Shown here piece by piece: positions 17,356 to 26,810 of a stretch of DNA of 64,000 bases (positions are counted from its first letter, which is position 1; each line of letters opens with the position of its first letter). Origin of the DNA: an uncultured Gammaproteobacteria bacterium (GTDB taxonomy: Bacteria; Patescibacteriota; Microgenomatia; UBA12405); assembly GCA_964605545.1 (NCBI GenBank), contig CAZSCX010000001.1, forward strand, positions 16,148 through 80,147, read 5' to 3'. The notes beneath the pieces are model-generated. The model had not been told where the DNA came from and did no database searches. It was given only the letters and a program-made list of their open reading frames with translations. Position numbers and translations under genes: made by a program.

Positions 17356-19848
17356 GTGAAGAAGTGTCTATTTCTTTTTTTGTTTTTAGGTTTATTTTTG
17401 GCACCGTCAGTATTGGCGGAAGAGAATTACGATGGTTATTTAATTAAGTATAAGAGTGGAAAAATTGAGAAAAGTGCTACTAAACCGATGAATATAATGA
17501 GCGAGGGAGAGGAAAGTGATATTAAGTTTATTCAACCGAATTATATTTATGAAACGTGTGAAATTAGCGAGAACGATAAATATTGGTATTTAAAAAATAC
17601 CGGCCAAATATTTCAAGAAAAAAGTGGGGTTGGTATAAAAGGGAGGTCAGGGGTGGATTTAGGAAAAGAGGCAGCCGATGAACTAACAAGAAATGAGAGT
17701 AAACAAGACATAATTGTGGCCGTCTTGGATTTGGGGTTGGATTACAATGACACGATATTTACTGGGAAATTATGGAATGGAGAGAATTGTAAAAATGAGT
17801 TGGGGGAAACGATGGGAGGATGTAAAAATGGTTATGATTTTGTAAATAACGATAAAGATCCTTTGCCAAATAGTAGTGAAGATCATGGTACTCATGTGGC
17901 GGGGATAGTGGCATCAATTGCACCGAATGCGAAATTAATGATATTGAGAGTAGGGGCTGGGGGAACGATGCCGGCAGAAGCTATAAGCCGGGCAATTGAT
18001 TTTGCCAAAGTCAATGGGGCGAAGGTTATTAATGCTAGTTTTGCCTCTTCAAAAGGATCTGATGGAAAATATCCAGATATTTTTGATTTATTGATGTACG
18101 ATTCAATTAAAAATTTTGATGGACTTTTCATCAATGCGGCAGGAAATGAAAATACCAATATCGATACAGGAGTGACCGGCGGGAGACCGTTTCCGGCATC
18201 GTTAAAATATGGAATGGGAGGTTTTAACGAGCCATTGAAAAATATTTTTGTAGTTTCGGCAACGAATTATTATGATGATATTACTTATTTTTCCAATTTT
18301 GGTAAAGATACAGTAGATATCGCAGCAATGGGAGCAGGTATTTATGGAGTGAGTAATAACGGTGGTAGGGTTTATTATCAGGGGACTTCGATGGCGACAC
18401 CGATGGTTTCCGGAGTGGCGGCTTATTTGTTAGGCTTGAGACCAAGTATGAGTGTGGCCGAATTAATTTCTTTGATTTCCGGAAGCGGAATTAAGGCTGA
18501 GGGAGTGAAGGGGATGGTGTTAAGTGGAAGGAGATTAAATTTGGAAACGGCAGTGAGAAAAATGAAAAATATGGAATGGGATAGGGAAAGCAAGGGAAGT
18601 GAAGGGGTAAAAAGATTGAGTGACGGAAAAATAGGAGGAGGAATTTTTATGGAAATAAACAGTAAATATTTACCGGAATTTTTGTATCTCTATTTATCAG
18701 ATATGTCCAATTCGTTGCGATTGACAAGATGCAGTGAAATGAAATGCGAGAGTGTTAGTGAGACAAAGGAATTGTTAAAAGGAGGATTAAATCCAATTGC
18801 GTTTTCTTTGACAGCTGATGATCGGCCAATAATTTTGTCAGGGGGAACTTTTAGTTTATTAAAAATTTGTAAAGATAAAGATTGTATTGAATACAAAGAT
18901 GTGGGAAGTGGTAATTATGGAGTTAATGTATCAATTAATGGAGAAATAGATGTCGATAGCAAGGGTAGAATAGTCTGGACTTTTTATACGGCGGATAGAA
19001 ACTGGGTGATTTTGAATAGATGTGATGATGCGCAATGCACTAGTTACCAATCTTGGAAGACGGCTTCAATGATATCAAATGATTCAGAAGCGGCGTTGGA
19101 TTTAAAAATAGATAAAAGTGATCGAATATTTTTGGCATACAACGAACAAATTTCGGTTAAAAAATTAATTAAGTGTGATGATAATTTAAGCGATAGTTGT
19201 GATTTGTTGGGCACAGATAATCAATCAATTTATGGCTATGGAAATGCTTTGGCGATAGATAAAGATGACAATCTTTATTGGCTTTTACCGGCTAGTGGTG
19301 GTCTTAAGTTAAGTAGGTGTTTAAATGGTGATTGCCAGATAATAAATTCATTGATATCGGTGTCGGTTGATAGTGGGTCTTTGTTTATGAGTAAATTAAA
19401 AATGGTAATGAATGTTGGCGGAGTACCAATGATAACGATAGGTGATGATGGTGATAAATATGGAGTAAAAATAATTAAATGTAAAGACAAAAATTGTAGT
19501 CAGAGTGAGACGGTGATAATTGACAATCAATATGGTGTAGGGGAAAGTATGAGAATAAAAAGTGGGGCGGGAGGAATGGGTGGAGTGGCTTATTTGGATA
19601 CATTGTCGGCTGATTTGAAATATCATAGTTTTCTGAATTATTTTCCAGTGAAGTGTAGTGAGAATTATTTTGGTAAAAATCAAGGTGATTATAATTGCGA
19701 TAATTTAATTACTGGGGGAGATTATATTGTTTGGAGGAGAGAATTTTTGGATAAAAAAATTGGAGAAAAATTTGAGTCAGATGGAGATGGAGATGGTAGA
19801 TCTAGTCTGAGTGATTATTCGTTATGGAGAGAAGAGTATTTGAAATAA
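17356..19848 (+). CDS. Secreted S8 subtilisin-like protease with putative beta-propeller repeats and dockerin-like domain
   Basis: Sec signal (VLA|EE); VAVLDLG, HGTHVAG, AAGN, GTSMATP; repeated CxDxxC; GDYNCD...WREEYLK. Confidence 0.9.
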   Translation: MKKCLFLFLFLGLFLAPSVLAEENYDGYLIKYKSGKIEKSATKPMNIMSEGEESDIKFIQPNYIYETCEISENDKYWYLKNTGQIFQEKSGVGIKGRSGVDLGKEAADELTRNESKQDIIVAVLDLGLDYNDTIFTGKLWNGENCKNELGETMGGCKNGYDFVNNDKDPLPNSSEDHGTHVAGIVASIAPNAKLMILRVGAGGTMPAEAISRAIDFAKVNGAKVINASFASSKGSDGKYPDIFDLLMYDSIKNFDGLFINAAGNENTNIDTGVTGGRPFPASLKYGMGGFNEPLKNIFVVSATNYYDDITYFSNFGKDTVDIAAMGAGIYGVSNNGGRVYYQGTSMATPMVSGVAAYLLGLRPSMSVAELISLISGSGIKAEGVKGMVLSGRRLNLETAVRKMKNMEWDRESKGSEGVKRLSDGKIGGGIFMEINSKYLPEFLYLYLSDMSNSLRLTRCSEMKCESVSETKELLKGGLNPIAFSLTADDRPIILSGGTFSLLKICKDKDCIEYKDVGSGNYGVNVSINGEIDVDSKGRIVWTFYTADRNWVILNRCDDAQCTSYQSWKTASMISNDSEAALDLKIDKSDRIFLAYNEQISVKKLIKCDDNLSDSCDLLGTDNQSIYGYGNALAIDKDDNLYWLLPASGGLKLSRCLNGDCQIINSLISVSVDSGSLFMSKLKMVMNVGGVPMITIGDDGDKYGVKIIKCKDKNCSQSETVIIDNQYGVGESMRIKSGAGGMGGVAYLDTLSADLKYHSFLNYFPVKCSENYFGKNQGDYNCDNLITGGDYIVWRREFLDKKIGEKFESDGDGDGRSSLSDYSLWREEYLK

Positions 19849-19868
19849 TGTTAATATTTATTATATAA

Positions 19869-21605
19869 ATGAGGAATAATTTGAAAAGAATTTTGTTTAG
19901 TATGATTTTGATGATCGGATTGGTAGTGACAGGAGTGTTGGTACAAAGTACACAGGAGACGAGGCGTAGAGCGGCAGAAGGAGAAGTTTCATGTGGGGAA
20001 CAAGATGGAGTAGTTAGAATGGCGGGTGAGACTTGGTGTCAAGAGGGATCTCCTCAGATGGTTAAAAAATGTTTGAATGATAGTACTGTTTCTGTAAGTG
20101 AATTTGAATGTGGTCCTGGTGATGAATGTGTTAATGGAAAATGTGAATTTATTAAGGAAGGCTGTACGACTCCTGAATATGGTGGAAAGTTTTTTTCTCC
20201 TGGTCAAATAGTATGTGTAAGTGAAACAAGCTACAGGGAATGTCAGGCTAATAATCAATATAGTGAGATTAAATCCTGTGGAGAGAATCAGATATGTGAT
20301 TTTGGTATGTCTGGTTATCATTGTGTAAATAAAGATACGACTTGTATAGATTATGAAATGTCGAATCAATATAATACGGTTTATTATGCACCGGGTGAGG
20401 TATTGTGTAAAAGTGATAATAGTTATGTAAGATGTTTAGACGATAGTACTTTTTCTGCGGAATTAAAATGTGATGAAGGGTCACTTTGTTATCGAGGTAA
20501 GGGGTGTGTCAGAAATGGTGGATGTATAAGGGAAGGAAGATTGCCAGCTTTTGATGGAGATACATATTGTGATGATAATGATTTGAGTATTATAAAAACT
20601 TGCCTAGATAGTAATTGGTTAATTGATAAATGTTCCGAGGGAGAGGGTTGTGATAATCGAGATAATAATGAAAATCCGACGGCATTTAAGTGTGTAAAAA
20701 AAGTTGATAAATGTACTTGGAATGAGGCGGATTATAGTGTTGGAGAGAGAAGATGTGGAGAGGACAATCCTAAAGAAATATTTACTTGTACTGATTTTGG
20801 TTGGGATTTTGGAATGATTTATGATGGTAGTAATGTAACTTGCGAAACAAAAAAAGAATCATTTACTAATGGCAAGTGTAAATTATGTAAAAAGCCGTAT
20901 GTTTGTGATACAAGTGCTAAGAATGTTGGGGCGAGATTTTTAATAGATTTGGTGAGTGACGAGAATACTAATTTGGATGTGGGGACGACGATAGTTTTTG
21001 AGATTGGAGTGGACAGTACAGGACGGTCGATTACGGGAATTGATGCAGATCTGGATTTTGATGCAAGTATTCTTAAAATATTGAAAGTAGATAATTTAAT
21101 TAATTTATTAACAATGAAGGCGCCTTACGATAGTGGTGTTCTTTCTTTTTATAATGGTAACCCTGAAACTATTTATTCAAGAGTTTTTAAGAATGAAAAG
21201 ATTGCTAGAATTACTTTTGAAGTTTTGAAGAAAGTAAATAATTGGTCGATTAAATTTAAGTGTGTTAATAGTAGTATGACAGATTCGAATCTTTTGAATG
21301 CTGAAAATGGGGTGGTGACTGATTTAATTTCTTGTGGTGATAATGAGTGGTTTTATGTTGATGAAACGGGAAATAAACTGAACCAGAATCCTTTTGGATG
21401 TGATGAAAGTGCATTGAGACAAAATGATCCTAAATTTAGGGGAGATTATAATTGTGATGGGGATTTGACCGGGGGGGACTATATTGTTTGGAGGGGTGAG
21501 TTTATTGATAAAAAGTATGAGTTTGGAGTACAGTCTGATGGAAATTGTGACGGGAAAAGTAGTTTGATCGATTACTCGAGATGGAGAGAAGAGTATTTGA
21601 AATAG
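19869..21605 (+). CDS. Cys-repeat + cohesin-like + dockerin-like secreted protein
   Basis: TM then TQETRRRAA; repeated GExxC modules; LDVGTTIVFEIGVDS...ITGIDADLDFD...IARITFEV; GDYNCDG...WREEYLK. Confidence 0.75.
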   Translation: MRNNLKRILFSMILMIGLVVTGVLVQSTQETRRRAAEGEVSCGEQDGVVRMAGETWCQEGSPQMVKKCLNDSTVSVSEFECGPGDECVNGKCEFIKEGCTTPEYGGKFFSPGQIVCVSETSYRECQANNQYSEIKSCGENQICDFGMSGYHCVNKDTTCIDYEMSNQYNTVYYAPGEVLCKSDNSYVRCLDDSTFSAELKCDEGSLCYRGKGCVRNGGCIREGRLPAFDGDTYCDDNDLSIIKTCLDSNWLIDKCSEGEGCDNRDNNENPTAFKCVKKVDKCTWNEADYSVGERRCGEDNPKEIFTCTDFGWDFGMIYDGSNVTCETKKESFTNGKCKLCKKPYVCDTSAKNVGARFLIDLVSDENTNLDVGTTIVFEIGVDSTGRSITGIDADLDFDASILKILKVDNLINLLTMKAPYDSGVLSFYNGNPETIYSRVFKNEKIARITFEVLKKVNNWSIKFKCVNSSMTDSNLLNAENGVVTDLISCGDNEWFYVDETGNKLNQNPFGCDESALRQNDPKFRGDYNCDGDLTGGDYIVWRGEFIDKKYEFGVQSDGNCDGKSSLIDYSRWREEYLK

Positions 21606-21632
21606 ATGTTGAATATGTAATAATGAATTAGG

Positions 21633-23198
21633 ATGAAGAAAAAATTGTATGTTATTTTTGGATTGTTTGTTTTGACTTTGGCTTTGGGGGTGACGGTAAA
21701 ATTGAGTGAAAAACCACAGGAGATAAGGAGAAAGGCGGCGGAGAATAATCTTGAAACATCAACGGCCGTGGAAGTGCGTTGTGATACTTTTACCCCTTTT
21801 ACATTATCTAGTGTACCTGATGAACAAACATATCCTTTTAGTTTGACAGTAGGGGATATAAATGCAGATGGATTAAAAGATGTTTGTGTTGGTTTTTCTC
21901 ATAACACTTCTCATGAGGTAGTTCCTGGTTATCAGTGTATAAAAAATATTGATAACAAGGAGTATTTAGTTGGATCTTTATTGACGTTTAAGAGAACATC
22001 CTCCTATGCAGCAATATCGGTTGGCTTCGTCGGTGGTACTGATTTTGTATATACACCAGGAACTACATTGGCGTCGTTATATATTATGAATAATACATTG
22101 AAAACGGGGAATCAATTGCTGTCTAATATTGTTAGTTTTTATGAGCCTAACGTAACCAAATTGGGACCGAATATTTTAACTACCGATTTAAACAATGATG
22201 GATATCAAGAGATTGTTTCTTCTGATCAAGATTATGCAATTCAAGTTTTTTTTAATAAAAAAGATGGTACTTTTAATACTTATGTTGATTATAGTGTGCC
22301 ATACGGTTATCATTTTACAGCAGTGGCAGATTTAAAAGGAGATGGGAGTAAAGATGATTTAATTGTTTCATCTTTTCAAAAAAGACAAATAAGTGTGTTG
22401 TTGAATAATGGTGCAGGTTTACTTGGTGCGGCAGTGGGATATACCGTGCCTTCTGATGTTCAGTATGTATCTCCATATGGAATAACGGCGGCTGATTATA
22501 ATGGTGATGGTTTGGATGAAGTGGCTGTTGTTTCTGGTGCATATGGTATAGATACGGTATTGAGTATTTTTGATAATTTGGGTAAGGGGAAATTGAGCCT
22601 TTCAAAAACTATTCGTGGTGACAAATTGGATGATTCTCGATCAACTTGGGTGACTTCTTTGGATCTTAATGGAGATAATTATATTGATATTGCAGCTACT
22701 ATGGGTAAAGACAAAATAACTTTCCTTTATAATGACGGGAAAGGGAATTTTAGTGAGGAAAATATGGATATTTATGATTCCGGTTATGGCTATCCGGCTG
22801 ATTTGAGGGCTGAGGATATTAATGGAGATGGTCAAAAAGATCTTTTATATGTACTTCGTAATTCAGATAAGTTAATGGTTTATTTGACATGTAAAAAAGA
22901 AAGTACTCCAACTCCTACGATTATGCCGGCGGAGGGCTTGTGCAAAAGTGTGGTTCTGGATTCATTGCATCCAGAATGTTTGGTAAGTTGCAAGAAAACA
23001 GATGCAAATTATGTTGGTATGGATAAATGGGGGGCAGATTATAACTGTGATGGGGATGTGACTGGTGGAGATTTTATAGTTTGGAGAAGAGAATTTTTGG
23101 ATAAAATTGTGGGTGATTCTTTGCAATCTGATGGCAATTGTGACAATAAAGTAAGTTTGGCCGATTATTCTAAATGGAGAGAGGAGTATTTAAAATAA
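21633..23198 (+). CDS. FG-GAP/VCBS-repeat protein with dockerin-like domain
   Basis: GDINADGLKD, DLNNDGYQE, ADLKGDGSKDD, ADYNGDGLDE, DLNGDNYID, DINGDGQKD; C-terminal ADYNCDG...WREEYLK. Confidence 0.85.
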   Translation: MKKKLYVIFGLFVLTLALGVTVKLSEKPQEIRRKAAENNLETSTAVEVRCDTFTPFTLSSVPDEQTYPFSLTVGDINADGLKDVCVGFSHNTSHEVVPGYQCIKNIDNKEYLVGSLLTFKRTSSYAAISVGFVGGTDFVYTPGTTLASLYIMNNTLKTGNQLLSNIVSFYEPNVTKLGPNILTTDLNNDGYQEIVSSDQDYAIQVFFNKKDGTFNTYVDYSVPYGYHFTAVADLKGDGSKDDLIVSSFQKRQISVLLNNGAGLLGAAVGYTVPSDVQYVSPYGITAADYNGDGLDEVAVVSGAYGIDTVLSIFDNLGKGKLSLSKTIRGDKLDDSRSTWVTSLDLNGDNYIDIAATMGKDKITFLYNDGKGNFSEENMDIYDSGYGYPADLRAEDINGDGQKDLLYVLRNSDKLMVYLTCKKESTPTPTIMPAEGLCKSVVLDSLHPECLVSCKKTDANYVGMDKWGADYNCDGDVTGGDFIVWRREFLDKIVGDSLQSDGNCDNKVSLADYSKWREEYLK

Positions 23199-23241
23199 TG
23201 AGAAACTTTACATTAATAAATTTATTATGTAATAATTATTT

Positions 23242-24006
23242 ATGAAAAAAAGGATTAGTGGTGCAGTACAAATACCTATTTTGGTTGGTTTATTAATAGT
23301 AGCGGCGGCTTTACCGATAGTTTCAAAATTGACACAAAAAAGTCAGGATGTGCGTAATTTGGCGGCCGAGGGAGAGGTAACGGCAACTCCGACATGTAAT
23401 CCAAATGCTTGTAGTCAGACTACCGGATGTACGATGAATAGATGTTCTCCTGGTGATGCTATCCAAACAAATTGTACTTTGTGTGCTCCAATTCCAACGG
23501 CTGATCCGAATTATACGGCGGGATGTAATAATAATTGTTCTAACTGTGCGGCAACGGATACACCAATTCCGACAAACACTCCGACTAATACACCGATTCC
23601 AACTAATACTCTAGTACCGACAATGGCTTGTACTATTAGTCAAAAATTAATTGATGATGGAGTGACAATTAAGGCATACAAGGTTAATGCCGATAAATCA
23701 GTTGGAAATGAAGTTACATTTAATGTTTCTACTGGTCAATTGGGTATTGATGATAGTTTTAATAGTAATATGGTTCTTTTTGAAGTGACGATTAGTAAAA
23801 AAAGTGGAGTAAAAAATGTAGGATTGCTTTTTAAAAGTAAAGATGGAACCATTAATGCTTCAGCTTGGACTAGCGGAAGTGTGTCTGGAACTGGTTTAAG
23901 TTTTTATAGTAGTCCGACTACAAGTGGGGATTTGGTAGCCAAGTTTCCGTTACAGTTAAGTTTTACCAAAAGTGTTCAAGTTGATATTTCAGTCCAATAT
24001 TATTAA
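23242..24006 (+). CDS. Pilin-like N-terminus, Cys-rich domain, PT linker and beta-rich C-terminal domain
   Basis: RISG|AVQIPILVGLL..., SQDVRNLAA, PTNTPTNTP linker. Confidence 0.65.
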   Translation: MKKRISGAVQIPILVGLLIVAAALPIVSKLTQKSQDVRNLAAEGEVTATPTCNPNACSQTTGCTMNRCSPGDAIQTNCTLCAPIPTADPNYTAGCNNNCSNCAATDTPIPTNTPTNTPIPTNTLVPTMACTISQKLIDDGVTIKAYKVNADKSVGNEVTFNVSTGQLGIDDSFNSNMVLFEVTISKKSGVKNVGLLFKSKDGTINASAWTSGSVSGTGLSFYSSPTTSGDLVAKFPLQLSFTKSVQVDISVQYY

Positions 24007-24015
24007 TAGTATAAA

Positions 24016-25311
24016 ATGAAAAAAAATAGTGTCTGGGCAATTTTAGCATTGGCGGTGGTGGCGGTGGCTTTGCCAATGGCAGTGGAATTGACGGGGAGGT
24101 CAGCGGAATTAAGAAGGAAAGCAGTTGATTTTATGGAAAATTGTAGTTGTACTAATGCGACTTCGGCAGAATGTACAAGTTTGAAGGCTAATGGGATTGC
24201 TTACAAACCGTGTAATGCTTGTAACGAATTTTGTGGAGATCCTATCGCATGTAATGAGGGGGATCCGGTGGATTGGAGATTGCCGGCTTTTAAATGTAAT
24301 ACTCCGGGACATGAAGTACAAGTTTCTTGGGCTTGGTATTGTGATGATCCTGATTATTGGGACACTGAATGTCCCCTGGATACGGTTGATGTTGATAAAT
24401 GCCAATGTTGTAAGTTAGATGTTTATGTTGCGGGTAAAACTTTTCATTGTACAACGTCAGTGTGGGTTCCGGGGGCTACTTTAACACCAACAGAGGTGCC
24501 TACTCAGGTACCAACGGAAATACCAACATCGATACCGACTAATACAATAGCGCCGACAGCAACTAATACGCCAACAGAAACTTTGACTCCGACAATAACG
24601 CCGATACCGCCGGTGTGTGAATGTACTACTAGTGATTATTGTTATGATGCTATTGCTGATTTTGGTGGAAAACAGTGGAATCCGTGTGTGGCATGTGAAT
24701 CGATGTGTGTGGCCAAAGATAAGGGAGAGAATTTGGCTCCGGAATCATTGGCTAAAAAATATGATTGTCCTAGCTTGGGGATACAGTTGAATTTAGGTGA
24801 ATATTGTCAAAATCCGATAAATTTTGAACATTGTGGTTTAGATATTGATCCGTGTCTGTGTTGCAATTTAACTGGTATTACCGGTTATTTTGGGAATGTA
24901 GGGGAGTGTACTTCGGCAATATGTAAATATATTCCAACACCGACTTTTACACCAACGCCGTTTCCATATTGTACGCCGGTGCCGTGTCCGATAGGAGGTA
25001 AATTTTCTTGTCCTGTTGATAAAGCTCCTTGTCTTGGGGGTTGTGGAATGGAGTGTTTGACCCCGACACCAACCGAAACACCTGCGGAATGTCCGGTGAG
25101 ATGTGAAATGGAAGATGAAAATTATGAGGGAATGGATAAATGGGGTGGAGATTATAATTGCGATGGAAGTTTGACCGGTGGAGATTTTATGATTTGGCGA
25201 ATAGAATTTTTGGATAAAATTGTGGGTGATTTCTTAAAATCAGATGGAAATTGTGATGGTAAGGTAAGTTTAGCTGATTATTCAAAATGGAGAGAAGAGT
25301 ATCTAAAATGA
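24016..25311 (+). CDS. Duplicated Cys-rich domains with PT linker and dockerin-like domain
   Basis: TM then SAELRRKA; two CxCT...PCxACxxxC...CxCC units; GDYNCDG...WREEYLK. Confidence 0.72.
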   Translation: MKKNSVWAILALAVVAVALPMAVELTGRSAELRRKAVDFMENCSCTNATSAECTSLKANGIAYKPCNACNEFCGDPIACNEGDPVDWRLPAFKCNTPGHEVQVSWAWYCDDPDYWDTECPLDTVDVDKCQCCKLDVYVAGKTFHCTTSVWVPGATLTPTEVPTQVPTEIPTSIPTNTIAPTATNTPTETLTPTITPIPPVCECTTSDYCYDAIADFGGKQWNPCVACESMCVAKDKGENLAPESLAKKYDCPSLGIQLNLGEYCQNPINFEHCGLDIDPCLCCNLTGITGYFGNVGECTSAICKYIPTPTFTPTPFPYCTPVPCPIGGKFSCPVDKAPCLGGCGMECLTPTPTETPAECPVRCEMEDENYEGMDKWGGDYNCDGSLTGGDFMIWRIEFLDKIVGDFLKSDGNCDGKVSLADYSKWREEYLK

Positions 25312-26783
25312 AAAAGTTGGTATTACTGGTAGTGTTTGTATTTTTTTTAAGTTTTGGTAAGGTGATTTTAGCGGAAACTTGTAGCCCAACATGGGTGTCT
25401 TTGGATAAGATATACACTGGGGGAATTTTTTTGGATATAGGGAAAGATAATAAACCTATGGTTCTTTATACAGAGTATATAAAAACAGGATCAGTGAATG
25501 GATCGCGTTTTTTAAAATGTACATCGAATGATTGCAAAAGTTTTAATGATATTAATTTTGATGGTCTTTTCCAGTGGTGGAGTGGAGGGGCAGGAAATTT
25601 TTCTGATGGAAGCGTTGCTTTTGTAATGGTTACTAATAATATGGATATGTATTTTGTGAAATGTAGTGATGATAAGTGTTCCAATTATACAAAGATTTTG
25701 TTCAAAAAAGATATTGTTATGGATAGAGATAATACTAATTATGAAATTAAAGCTAATTCTCCTAGTCAAGTAGTAGTTGATGGAAATGATTTACCATTTT
25801 TTTATTTTACACAGAGTTTTGTTTATGGAAGTGGAACCCAAGGAGATCCGTATATCGATTTGTATTTAGTGCGATGTAGTAAGAAGGATTGTAGTGAATA
25901 CAAGGTGAATAAGATTGATAAGATTTTAAATGTACCCAATGATTCTGTTACAGGTACAATAGATAGTGAAAATAAACTGATTATTTTTCATACCATTGGT
26001 GATCAGCAATTGATTTTGAATTATAATGGGACAAAAACATTAATCGATGAGGCTGCGTATCAATGTACCAATAGAAGCGAATTGGGTTTTTTATCGATGT
26101 ATTTGGGAAATGATGGTAATCCGGTTTTAAATTATATTAAGAGGGTTGGAAGTGGTGATGGTTGTACTAATAAATATATTACGGTTTTTTGTAAAAATAA
26201 AACTTGTACAGAAAAAAATGTAATAGATACCGTAAAAGGTATTAATATGAAAAAAGGGAGAGAAGGATATCCGGTTTATGAATATGTAGATAAATACAAC
26301 AGCGGAGTTATTGTTTGTAAAAATGCCGATTGTTCGGAAAAAATTCAAAGATCGGTTTTGACCGATTGTAATCCGGATTTTAATCTTTGTCCGCGTTTTG
26401 TAGATTTTGAATTAGATAATGAATTCAAACCGGTGTTTTTAATTAACCGATGGGTTTCTGGGTTGGGTCATTATGTACTGGATATTTACCGATGCTGTAC
26501 AGTCGATTGTGGGACAACATTTGAACCTCTTAATTGGTATGGGACATGTAAAAACGTTGTGGATGAAGCAAGAGGGTGTACCAAGTGTGAAAGTGATAGT
26601 TATCAGGGAATGAATCGTTGGGGTGGGGATTATAACTGCAGCGGAGATTTGACGACAGGTGATTATATTGTTTGGAGAGATGAATTTTTGAAAAAAGGAA
26701 CAGAGAGAAATGCCGATGGTGATTGTGACGGAAAAACGAGTTTGTCAGATTATTCAAAGTGGAGAGAGGAATATTTGAAGTAA
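25308..26783 (+). CDS. Secreted putative beta-propeller protein with dockerin-like domain (paralog A)
   Basis: Sec signal ILA|ET; repeated KCxxxxC blades; GDYNCSG...WREEYLK; ATG 25308 overlaps the previous stop (ATGA). Confidence 0.72.
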   Translation: MKKLVLLVVFVFFLSFGKVILAETCSPTWVSLDKIYTGGIFLDIGKDNKPMVLYTEYIKTGSVNGSRFLKCTSNDCKSFNDINFDGLFQWWSGGAGNFSDGSVAFVMVTNNMDMYFVKCSDDKCSNYTKILFKKDIVMDRDNTNYEIKANSPSQVVVDGNDLPFFYFTQSFVYGSGTQGDPYIDLYLVRCSKKDCSEYKVNKIDKILNVPNDSVTGTIDSENKLIIFHTIGDQQLILNYNGTKTLIDEAAYQCTNRSELGFLSMYLGNDGNPVLNYIKRVGSGDGCTNKYITVFCKNKTCTEKNVIDTVKGINMKKGREGYPVYEYVDKYNSGVIVCKNADCSEKIQRSVLTDCNPDFNLCPRFVDFELDNEFKPVFLINRWVSGLGHYVLDIYRCCTVDCGTTFEPLNWYGTCKNVVDEARGCTKCESDSYQGMNRWGGDYNCSGDLTTGDYIVWRDEFLKKGTERNADGDCDGKTSLSDYSKWREEYLK

Positions 26784-26810
26784 GCCATAAGTGTGTCATA
26801 ATTAAATGAA

